This document shows, piece by piece, positions 24,501-35,265 of a DNA stretch of 64,000 bases (position 1 is the stretch's first letter; each line of letters begins with the position of its first letter). Both the position numbers and the translations under genes were made by a program. Origin of the DNA: Balanoglossus misakiensis (lineage: Eukaryota; Animalia; Hemichordata); NCBI GenBank assembly GCA_040954595.2, contig CM082585.2:7851353-7915352 (forward strand). The letters are read 5' to 3'. Below the pieces are notes generated by a model. That model worked only from the letters and a program-made list of their open reading frames with translations. It had not been told where the DNA came from and made no database searches.

Positions 24501-27500
24501 GGACACACTCCAGAAGGAAATACTGGAAATCCATCAATCCTGACTGTTCATGCTGTTGATCCCGACTTGAATGAGAATGGCGCGATATCATACTCCTTGG
24601 AGGACCCTTCAATCTTCAGCATCGATCATGCCACTGGGGTTCTATCCTCCGCGTCTCCACTGAATCGAGAGGATATTCCGTCGTTTGATCTCGTTATCAT
24701 TGCAACCGATGGTGGAGTGCCCGCGAAGTCAACTTCTGTTCAAGCGAGAGTTGTAGTTGAAGATGTCAATGACAATGAGCCTAAATTCTCCTCGGACAGC
24801 TATGCCACAACAATGCTTATGTCACCTGACGGAATCAGGCCTGGCACGTTAGTGACACTGATAACAGCCACAGACCTCGACATCGGCAGTAATGCTGAAA
24901 TCGCATTCTCGGTGATCGATGAGGACCATAACAGGACGTTTGAAATTGCTCCTGATGGTGTTGTGAAAGTAAAAGAAACTTTCAGCAGTAATGGTCCAAT
25001 CACTTTTAATATATCCGCCAAAGATGGCGGCTCACCTCAGCTGGAGGACACAGCAGTGCTGACCATAACATTCAAACAACCCTCGGAAGAATTTGAATTC
25101 AATGAAACTGCATATGATTTCAGTATAACGGAGAATGAACATGGCCAAGTCGTGGGAACTGTCACAGCCTTCAGCAGAAGAAATTTAGATATCATTTTCG
25201 ATCTGCCATTTGATATACCCGGCATCACAATAGACAGTCAGATGGTAAGTTACTCTATACAAAATAACTCAAGGCTGGTAATAACGAGCCAATAATACAA
25301 AAGGTGGGTGAACACTATCAGTGATTAAAATATACAAAATGACCAGCCGTCTTCACCAATTACATTAACACACATTTAAGTTTCATATTCATGGTCAACA
25401 AATTTCTGTAAATCAGCAGCATGCAATTTCGTCTCTGAATCTCTGCTTTACAGGGTGATATCAACATAACTCGTCCATTTGACAGAGAAGAACTGTCTGA
25501 AATATCATTCAACGTGCTTGCTCATGGCTATGATGAAGATCGCGGATTTGCCTTTGCCACAGTGAGTTGTTAACTAGTGCAAAAAATATATGTTAAACAT
25601 CAATAACGGTATGTCTGACACAATGTAATTAAACTTCTGCTGAACAGAGCAAATAAGTGCCTATTATTCTGATTTACAAATTTCGCATATTGTTAATATT
25701 TCCATGCACTCAGCAGAAACAGTTTTTTGATTATCTAAATTCTTATTCAGGTAAAAATAAGTATAGAAGATGCGAATGATGAAACTCCATACTTTGTTTA
25801 CCCTGGAGAACCTGTCTTATGGAGGGAATTGGTGGAAAATACTCTCAACACATCATTCTTACAGTTGCATGTGGAGGATGACGATGACTTCGGCCCTAAT
25901 TCTGAAATTGAATATGCTATCGATGATGGAAATGACGGTGAGTAATAGTAATGCATGTCACATGTAATTAACTATTCTCCCCTTTCCAAGGAAAATTACT
26001 GAATGTACACAAGCTCATGATCTGTTTTCAATTATATACATATTTTCCCATCTCTTACAGATGGTATATTTGATATAAATAGATTGACTGGTCTTATCGA
26101 CGTGGTTACAGAAGCAGACAGGGAGTATATTGAGTCGTACACTTTGATTGTTATGGTAACTAACAGCAACAAAATTGTTGATTTATGTGTAACTTTTGGT
26201 TCCCTATATTAAGGTGATGCTTTATGTTACTGTACCTTTCCAATGGTTTTAAACCCTTATTTCAAACCAGAGACAATCACCACAAACCACATCTAGATTC
26301 AACACTATGTTATGATTGAAAACATCACACATGTAGTTAGCATTCACCTGGTATATTAAATGTTCATCAGCAATTTCTGTTGTCTAGGCAAGAGATCAAG
26401 GTGATCCAGTGTTGTCGACGAGTGTTACCATAATCGTCGATATATTGGACGAAAATGACAATGAACCAAATATAACAGTGGGTGCAACCACGGAAAGTGT
26501 TGGAGAAAACATACCAAATGGAACTGAGGTAAGAAAGGTGGAAACATAATACAAATACTGAATGAAATCCATACAGGTACACATCAGTGCTTTTTTAATG
26601 AAGAACCTACATTAAGGTATATATATCCCTTCTACGTTTAAGGGAATGTCTATGCTTTGAACCACCTTGACCATATTTAACCATACATTGGCATGTAAAG
26701 TGCACCTTCTAGTACCATCTACACCAGAACACATGGGAACCATAATGCATTCTTTTGTTATAGGTAGCGTTTGTGGTAGCCACTGATATTGATGCTGGCA
26801 ACAATGCTGAAATCATCTTCCAACTGGAAGATGCTTCAAACGGCAACTTTTACATTGATGGCAAGTATATTATATCTAATTTAAATTATGGAAGTTATAT
26901 GGGCACAACTCGAATCAATAATTACTCTGCTATTTATTCTATTGAAAATGACACAGCTGCGTTTTAATGTAATCAGATTTTTTATTCACTTGCAACTAGT
27001 ATCCAGCCTCTTTTGTTGACAATTGTATGAATCAAACTTAATCCACCATTTTACCTTTTCCAGAACTTTCTGGTTCGATACAGACTGCCAAATTACTTGA
27101 CCGAGAAACAGTGGACACACACACCATAGAAGTGGTGGCTGTTGACAAAGGCGACCCCAGGAAAACCTCCTCACCTTTACAGATTACATTCATCATAGAC
27201 GACTACAATGACAACCCTCCAGAGTTTGATAATGCCACCTATTATACACAACTCGGAAAGGATTCCCCACCCGGTACTGAGGTGTTGACTGTGTCTGCTA
27301 CAGATAAGGATGCTGGAATCAATGCCATGTTCTCATATGATATTACAGGTATGTCCAATGGTGTCACAACTGCGTATTGAAGTACATTTCGATGTCACAT
27401 TTCATATTAAACACGGTCAACTCAAGTGTTTTCTCAGTTAAAGAGAAACATGTTGGTTACATACCCCCGGTACTGGTACAGACAGACTGGTTAAATTAAA

Positions 27501-30500
27501 CAACCATTAATAAGTCATCACATTTTCAGTTTTTATCAAACTATATGTTATTGGTAATGACATCACAATTATTTTGAATTTATTTGTGTTTCAAGGTAGA
27601 GGAAACTGTAGTCAAAAGCACTTTTCAATTAACTCAACAACGGGAGTAATCTTGTCCACTGCTAATCTCTACGACCAACAGTCTGGAGTCTGTGTGATAT
27701 CAGTCAGATGTATGGATATGGGAACGTATCCGTTAAGTTCCACCACTGAAGTGAGCCATCATATATCACTTTACATTTAAGCAATAAAACACCCCCAGCC
27801 ATGGTATACCACCAGTTTTGACCAGTTCACGACATATATGCACTCGCTATCGCTCGTGCGTATATGGAGTTGAACTGGTCAAAATCAAGTGGTATAACAT
27901 GGCTGGGGGTGTTTTATCACTATTATATTATGCAAGTATATTGAAAATTTGCATAAAACATTTTAAAAAGGCATTTTCTTTTACTATGATATATGACTGT
28001 GGTATATGACCAATATATCACAGTCACGTGTCGTGTCTCGACCAATAAAATAGCGTGATTTACACCATCAATATACTGGTATAATATAATGTAAAATATA
28101 TAACATTTAGAAAGAACTATTTTCACAAAATAGTATTTACCTATAGATGCAGATATTCCATGGGATATACCAGTCCATCCTCTGCACGAATTAATCAATT
28201 TCTGCATTGTAGTGGCAATATCATGTTCCAAGTCCATTCCCTGAATGTCCTTTTAATGTAAACCTGCAGGTCAAAGTCAACATAGAAGAAGTCAATTTCC
28301 CACCAGCATTTTTGTCGGATTCGTACAAAGCTACAGTTCTTGAAAATGCTGCCATGGGCACTTTGCTGAGTACAGAGCCTTACTCAATAAAAGCGATAGA
28401 CAATGACACGGACCACAACGGTGAAGTGTTTTACAAAGTCAGTGACAATGGTAAGCACACTTATATTGTACATATGTTTAATTTACTTCCCCTCACGCCT
28501 ATAAGTCTGTTTTGGGGCGATCACAGTCCCTCGGGGAAATAAACGTATGCTGTTACCCCCATGGCCACTCAATCTGTATAGTTACCCCCATGGCCACTCA
28601 ATCTGTATATATTATTATCCATCGACTAAATTTTGTACTTATTGAGAAAAATAAGTAATTGTTAAAAATAATACTGTTCTTGCAGACTTGTTTTCCATCA
28701 ATCGACTGACGGGTGAAATTAGAGTCGAACAAACTCTTGACCGAGAAACACTGGATTCTCTGGAATTGATCATCACAGCTCACGACGACACACCTGATCC
28801 AAAGTCTGCGACCACCACGCTTAACATCACAATTGCCGATGTCAATGACAACGGACCAAAACTACCAAGACAACCGTCCGTCACAATCCTCCAGGCAAGC
28901 AACACTCTCTGACTTTGTCTGTTTCACCAACAATGCAAATACTAAGTACTGTTAGCTCAACTTTCTTTGTCTAAACCTTAAGGCCTGTCTAATCTTTAAA
29001 CCCGTTTATACCATAAACACTTTTCCCAATCCCTTTGACATAGAACCACATGTTTAAAGAACCTATATAAACTGGACACCTGTGTAAACTGAATATTTTA
29101 TTCAGTCCCTTTGGTGGTCGGTTTAGACAGGTTATACAGCATCAGTACATTTAAGCTGTCGTGCTCTGGTGATGTTGCAATTGCATTGATCATTCTTTCG
29201 AATGTTCTTGTTAACAATGGCTAAAACTTCACTTACACTTTGCATTTGGTAGGATGGTAAACCGGGAGGTGTAGTGGCAAACATGAAAGCATCAGATAAA
29301 GATATTGGAAGAAATGCTGACTGTTTCTATAACATCGCTGAGCTTCGGTTTGACGGTCAAAGTACTGATACCCCATCGGACTATTTAAACATTAACCCAA
29401 CAGAAGGAATTATCACAACTAAGGAGAAGTTATACAATTTAAATCTGACACAAACTATACAAATTGAGGTAAGAAACATTATTGGGACTAATGATTTATG
29501 TTTTATGGTGTGTAATATACTTAATTTCTGCATAAGATTTACACAAATCATCGAAACCATTCGCAAATGTGATACTCATGTCTGTTACCATAAGCATGAC
29601 CAAATTATCATATCATGTTTCTATTGGATTTGAATGTTCATTTACACTTTTGGCTTTCGCATTGTAGTTACAGCAAAAGTAATTCATTATACTCAATTTT
29701 CTATTTGTTTCACTTGCTACTTTTAGCTCATCGTATGGGCACGGAACATAGCACCCATTGTGCTCGGACCATCTGGAACCGCCGATGTGAACCTAGCAGT
29801 ATCATGGTTGACTATTATCTTTAAATATGAATACACACCCAAGTGCAGAGAAGGTAAGACTAATTGACTCCATTGGACACACCATAATCGCATACTTTAT
29901 ATATGAAAATGCATCCTCATAAGAAGACTTAAGGAAGAGTTTTGATTATACATTCATGTGTTTAGAGTACTTAATTCGTCAAACTATATCTCAGAATAAA
30001 GTCTTTTTATGATGTAGTATTAGCAAAGAAAACGGCAAAGAAATAATTCTACTATATTCGTCTTAACCTAGAATGTTCACGAACAGAATGAAAATGCTGA
30101 AAAGTGTAACAATATTCTTTTACAATAGATGAATATTTTGTGAGTATCCCCGAAGACACACCAAGGGGACACATATTGAATGTGACATTTGAGCCAGAGA
30201 AGAATAGTACCAGACCGTTGCCACAACTACAGTATGCTCTCAGAGCCGAAACAGTAAGAATTTCTCTCCAGAATTATACATGTGAAATCAAATACATGTG
30301 CGTGTTTCGAAACGAATAGTTTCAAAGCTTTCCCAACAAAAAGTACCAGATTAACAACTTGAAAAAAGATCATTGAAATGTAAGAAACATGTAAGAAATT
30401 CCTAGCCGTACTTACTGTCTTAAATCTTTCCCTTGAAACTCTCTTCTTCAATTTGTCCAGGATGCATTTACCATTGATGGTGACACTGGAGAAATATCTG

Positions 30501-32392
30501 TTGACCGACTTCTGGATGTAGCTATTTATAACTTGACAATCATTGTAAGAACTCTGGACACAGAAAACGGAGAAGGGTAAAAAAAATTATTTTATGCTCT
30601 ATTCAACTCTATATCATATCAAACCTCATTAATCAACGTGATACAGCTAGCCATACAAGTAAATCAGACGACAGCAAAACATTGTTTGATGTTAATAAAA
30701 TCATCTCAAAGTTGGTTTAAGACAGAATATATATAATTGTATTGACTCACAGGGATAAATGTCAAAATTGTAGGCATTATCTTGAGTTTATATGTTGCCA
30801 TGTATATTAAGGAAGTGAGATTGAAAGGTTTAACCTTCCTCTTGTGAAACATACACAATCCTTATACAAACACATGGAAATTACATTGGATGATGAGCCA
30901 TATCTCATTTGCTACAGGTCCTGTATTCTTTTGGTTGATGTTAATCAAGTAACAACGACAGAAACTGTGCCATCGACAGCAAAACCAGGCAAGTCATCAT
31001 TGTAAAACTTGTGTTAAAAACATGTTTGTCGAGAGAAACATGTGACTTTTATATTTGGGGAATAATTATGACATGGTTATTATTTACGTCAGCATTGGAA
31101 CAGAGTTAACATGTACTATAAGTACATATAAGGCAACTGAACTGGCATCCCTGCCTCAAATAATTAATCGGTTGGTTGATTGATTTATTGATTGATACAT
31201 TCATTCATTCATTGATTGATGATGAGAATGTGAGTCTGTTGGGGGTGGGTGGATGAGTGAATGAGTATCATTCTCACAAAGATTCTTCATATGATTCCTA
31301 TTTATCAATGCATGCATTTTGTTTACTTTGTTTCTCCCAGTTAAGCCCTATGACGAAGAATTGTTTATCTACTTAATCGTCGTAGCAATGCTCGCGGCGA
31401 TATTTCTAATTCTGTTCATCACCACCAGTGTCATCCTGTATTTGCGTACTCGAACAAGGTGAGCTTTTTGAAGTCATTGGTTTTTGCGTTCACACAATAG
31501 CAAGAGTAAATATGCTGGACCAGACGAGACAAAACCAATTACTGTGAATTCTGAACAAGATATATGAATATGCTGAAATAACTAACATACTATTCCATTA
31601 CTCTGTCCCAACAGCAGTACCAGATATAAACCAGCGAATAAAACATCCGAGCCATCAATTTCAGTAGATTCACATGCACAAATGGTAAGGTTTATCCGAG
31701 AGTTGCACTTTAATAAGAAACTGCTTTATTGATGGTTTTGGTAATTTATCGCGGTACGATATATTCTTTTAAAGCATACATTCGGAAGTCAAAGTACCAG
31801 CCCACCACTTTGTTATAAATGCTGTATAACCCGGTACAGTTAAAAGAATTAAGGGTACATATCAAGACCACATTATAAAAAGAAGGATTTCAAAACTTTG
31901 ACCACATTTACAGTTTAACTGTAGTTGTTCCAACCTTACATAAATTGTTAGCTCTCAAAAGTTGTTTTCACTCTCTTTCATTCAGTACATCCCTAGAGGG
32001 ACAAAATGTTATGTAAGCCCTAATGCCTAATGTGTATTTTTCCCCAGATGCCTGAACGAAGAGGCCAACCCAACTGGATGTTGGTACGGTCTTTGCCCGA
32101 GGAACCCGACAGTGTGAAAACCTTCAAAGATGGTCAAGATGAAGAAAGAACAGCGGACAGGTACACGCACATGATGCAAGACTTCTCGGTTACTCGGCAC
32201 CAACCAACTGAAGACATCCACAGAGAATCTGGCCTTTATACTCCAATGGGACAGAATCTGAATCGCGATTACGACTACGACGAACCCAAAGATTTCATTG
32301 GTGCTTACCCAGGAACTGAGCGCCCGCCGATACCGGACGTAGACTACGACGAAGACGAGCTATCTTTCCCAGACTACCTGGTTCCAACATAA
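557..32392 (+). CDS. Giant mucin/Sushi/HYR/FN3/EGF/SEA + cadherin-repeat type I membrane protein, about 72 coding exons, about 4414 aa
   Basis: ATG 557 starts a signal-peptide exon (MELRLLLALGSLVLLLT, 557-608). Consecutive AG/GT(GC)-bounded exons join in frame to the stop at 32390-32392, and the summed exon length of 13245 nt is divisible by 3. Domains were recognised from Cys/Trp patterns and cadherin DRE, DxD and DxNDNxP motifs. AATAAA at 32472. Confidence 0.85.
931..2288 (+). repeat. Tandem exon+intron array (about 164 bp unit) encoding a Thr/Pro-rich mucin segment
   Basis: A 39-nt exon 931-969 is followed by eight 57-nt phase-1 exons at 1079, 1243, 1407, 1573, 1739, 1903, 2068 and 2232. 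Each is flanked by ctacag| and |gta, with near-identical introns. Confidence 0.9.
3018..4084 (+). CDS. Three Sushi/CCP domain exons (part of giant gene)
   Basis: 180-nt exons 3018-3197, 3468-3647 and 3905-4084, e.g. WTCHALSDPISGSLDCTNGFYYNSTCTFSCDTGY...CESTQNWDPPIDYTC. Confidence 0.88.
4234..4482 (+). CDS. HYR domain exon (part of giant gene)
   Basis: DIEPPLFQNCPDNI...VSWTEPTVSDNSG...FFIGSTLVTYTAWDADGNQAECTFVVHV matches the HYR pattern. Confidence 0.9.
4608..16641 (+). repeat. Four tandem six-exon modules FN3a-EGF-FN3b-FN3c-EGF(5 Cys)-Thr linker (part of giant gene)
   Basis: Modules start at 4608, 8154, 10804 and 13514. Homologous exons include FN3b at 6001, 9273, 11949, 14661 and FN3c at 6779, 9738, 12458, 15438. 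All are phase 1. Confidence 0.88.
16815..20716 (+). CDS. FN3-FN3-EGF-3x calcium-binding EGF-FN3-FN3-EGF-EGF exons (part of giant gene)
   Basis: Exons at 16815, 17306, 17775, 18046, 18612, 19143, 19781, 20280 and 20603. DVNEC/DIDEC/DINEC...CxNxxGxYxC cbEGF signatures are present. Confidence 0.85.
20896..21638 (+). CDS. SEA domain (3 exons) with FKPG^SIIV motif (part of giant gene)
   Basis: Exons 20896-21008, 21181-21239 and 21490-21638 give ...ANFTEDLRDRDSARYRQLEADIVKQITSVLFNATAFQKVEIVEFKPGSIIVVMNIVL... Confidence 0.8.
22113..30988 (+). CDS. About 14 extracellular cadherin repeats (part of giant gene)
   Basis: Repeated xEx, AxDxDxGxN, LDRE and DxNDNxP motifs across 18 exons, including the large exons 22113-22930 and 23901-25244. 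Confidence 0.92.
27784..27917. mobile_element. Palindromic non-autonomous element in a cadherin-region intron
   Basis: ataaaacacccccagccatg-g-tataccac...ttttgaccagttca pairs with tgaactggtcaaaa...gtggtata-a-catggctgggggtgttttat around a central cactcgctatcgctcgtg. Confidence 0.7.
28552..28609. repeat. 29-bp direct tandem duplication (intronic)
   Basis: gttacccccatggccactcaatctgtata occurs twice in tandem. Confidence 0.85.
31341..32392 (+). CDS. Transmembrane helix and cytoplasmic tail (part of giant gene)
   Basis: Exon 31341-31458 encodes LFIYLIVVAMLAAIFLILFITTSVILYL followed by basic RTR. Exons 31615-31684 and 32048-32392 encode a tail of about 140 aa. Confidence 0.85.
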
Positions 32393-33503
32393 TCATGAGG
32401 AATCTCCACAGTCTCAGGATAACTATATGACATTTCTGCCAACAGTCGTTTCTGCAAAAAACGCAACAGTGAATAAAGTGTCAATAAACTATCATGGCAG
32501 ACTTTGAACTCAAACTTTTGGCGATGAGCTACGTCATTGAGTGTGCTATAAATCTTTTTGCTGCACTATTATGGTTTGAATATTCCATGTTGAAAATTTC
32601 AAGAAAATGACAATATTGCATCAGTGTTTTTTTTTAATTCTCCACGTAAGGCTATGGAATATGGTAACCATGCACTACATCTGTGTAGTCCCCTACCTTA
32701 ATAATCTTGTCAAGTGTTATGCTCTGAATGTAACACTTAAATTTCTATAGTCATGATACTCGGAATGTGGCCAACACAAAATTGCAGTCATCTGTGCATG
32801 TGTACATACATATGCTATAAAAATACAAATTTAAAAAAAATTATGATTATATAGAAACAGACTGAGTCAGATGGCACAGGCCGATTGGGCCCATAATCTC
32901 CTACTAGCATACACAAACTAGATTGATTGATGATGCATGTTATAGTGAGGTATTTAAAGGGCCTATAATGACAATTGAAACTGTTTCTTGGAAGCCAGAA
33001 AAAATTGGTAACATCTGTGTACTTACATTTCTTGTCATTTTCATGATTTTCCCTTATATTTCACAACAGTTGGAGTTTGTTGTTGCTGTTGTTGTTTACA
33101 CTGTAACATTCCCTTGCACATATTTAACTGTATTATCCAAGATGATTGTCTCATGTTAGGCTTTGAATAAACTCCCAACAGACACTGCAGACCAAATCCT
33201 TGAAAAAGAGAGATCATTCATTGTCAATTATCTCCTCATTTGCTTATTTAATAAACTTTTCTAACAAAATTAGTGCTATATTTACTGCACTGATATTGGT
33301 GAAATGTGTTACAAATATCAATCTGACCAAGATCTGGCTGTGTTATGAAACATTTAGTCATGTCAATTAATGGTTAATTTGTATATTTAACTAAGTTGTT
33401 TAGAGTTGAGGGCAATAATCCTCCTTCTCCGCCCCCCCCCCCGAAATCAAATGGTTCTTCCCTTATCCCCCCCCCCCGATAAATAGGCAGCAGGGTCGTA
33501 CAC

Positions 33504-33518
33504 AGCGCCCTCCTGTGG
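33504..33518 (-). promoter_or_regulatory. CTCF-like motif in CpG-richer intergenic segment
   Basis: The minus strand reads CCACAGGAGGGCGCT, close to the CCASYAGRKGGCRS consensus. This is a motif match only. Confidence 0.35.
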
Positions 33519-35020
33519 TGGGTACATGCATTACGCTCATCCCCCATCATCTACTGTATACGCGAATGACAACGAAAGCACCTACACGATTTAGACAGTA
33601 TTCTGTGGGCTGTAATGTGGCTGGTAGCTGTAAAATTTCATTAAACAAGCAAAGTGCACCATATCGGGTCTTCTTTCTCATTCAGTACAGTTACAAGGGC
33701 CTCCATTTCCACGCCAGTAGCTCACCAACCTGCTTGCCCGCACGTGGCCACATGGCTGGTACTATACGTCATAAAAAATAGAACAAAATCGTTTTACTGT
33801 GCCTGAAACTAACCTTATGGTGTTCTTGTTCAGCTTCCGTTTGTCGCTTACCTATCAAAACTGGTAAATTGTGTTGATTTTCGACCAAACAGCTGCCAGA
33901 CCCATGTCATCTTGCAGGCGACCATGTTGAAGGGTGGGTATCGTCAGGTATGGGGGCGTCCTTGCGTGGGACTAGCGGTTGAGGGCGCATGAATTCTATT
34001 GTCTGGTGTCATATTGTAAATGCGTCATTGATATTACACCATTCCACTTGCGATTATTTACCATCATTTATGAATTTTGAAATTCATAAAACACAAGACT
34101 AAATCGTGATGTGAAAATACTTTGAGGCCTTTTATTTACAAATATCCTGTCTCACAAGTGATATGTTTCATCAATTAAAGTACAACAGAAATACTTCAAA
34201 TATAATATTAAACTTATATATACAGATAATATTATTTTACACTTTGAGTTTCTACTATAAATAAAGATGGAAAGTACAGTACTGAGCTATAGATAGTTTC
34301 ATCTTTATTTTAATGTTTGCCTTCTGTAATTAAATGTTAAAACCTCTCTGCCGTGAAGTGAGAAATGAAGTGCAACAAAACAGTAATAAAACTTTATAAT
34401 ATTATGCAAATGAGAGGCAAAAGGAAAGATCACTTCCTGGTACACACCCACGCAGTTGAGCTTATCAGCCATATTGGACTGTATCCCTTCATTTGCATAC
34501 TTATTGTACAGTTGGTGCAGAAGCGATCCAGTTAATATATAACAAAAATTCCAGTGTACAAACCAGAAAAAAAACGTTTTCATTCAAAAATGAGAGAAAG
34601 AAGATATTTAGCTCTTGTAAATATCCTTTGATATATCATATGAGTGTGGCAAGTCAAAAATTCTCAAAAATATCACTGTTACTACGTACATCGTAACAAG
34701 CAAGTTGTTTAACCACACCACATGAGTCCTTGGTATCGGACATACTGACTGCGTGGAGATACCATTCGAAATTTCAACATAGAGCAAATGACCTTAGAAA
34801 TAAAAGTTCACTGTATTACATCAGTTGGCTTTTGGGCCAGATGTAAGAATACTGATACACGTACCAATCACTTATGCATTTGTGAAACACTTGCATCTCT
34901 ATTGGTGCAACCTCAATAAAATGTAGGAACTGCCAAAAAACGTGAGTTATAAAATGATTGCCCGAGTTTAATTGCTTGATTGATAATTAAAATTCCACTC
35001 CACAAGTGATGTAAATCTGT

Positions 35021-35113
35021 ATAACCCTTTCTCCACAGTAGTTCGGTCCAAACCCATTGTTTTTTATGGTGAAGTTAGACCTCTATAGAGGGAACTGGGG
35101 GTGACAGGGTTAA
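35021..35113. mobile_element. About 90-bp piggyBac-like MITE, copy 1
   Basis: (A)TAACCCTTT...AGGGTTAA termini; internal sequence shared with copies at 60727, 62065 and 56178-57104. Confidence 0.7.
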
Positions 35114-35265
35114 ATATCAGGCAAGAAAAGGCACATGACACCTCGTGCATGATTTCATCAGTCACCAAAAAATATAAACAAGTCTATTTTATATACAAAT
35201 CTGAAAAAAAATCCTTACATTCTACAATATTGACATATCGAGTGGGGATGCTACAGGTGACGCCA

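Noticed and set aside
28975-29140. Degraded pogo-like MITE in a cadherin intron
   Set aside because: It resembles the 42962 element internally, but the TIRs are too decayed to set boundaries.
22113-32392. Calling the cadherin region a Fat/Dachsous/protocadherin ortholog or a separate gene
   Set aside because: There is no signal peptide or start exon before 22113, the upstream EGF exon splices in frame, and neither LamG nor a conserved Fat/Dachsous tail is visible.
33431-33477. Poly-C tracts (also 53605-53620 and poly-G 42679-42691) as G-quadruplex elements
   Set aside because: These are simple homopolymers with no further support, and their length is error-prone in assemblies.
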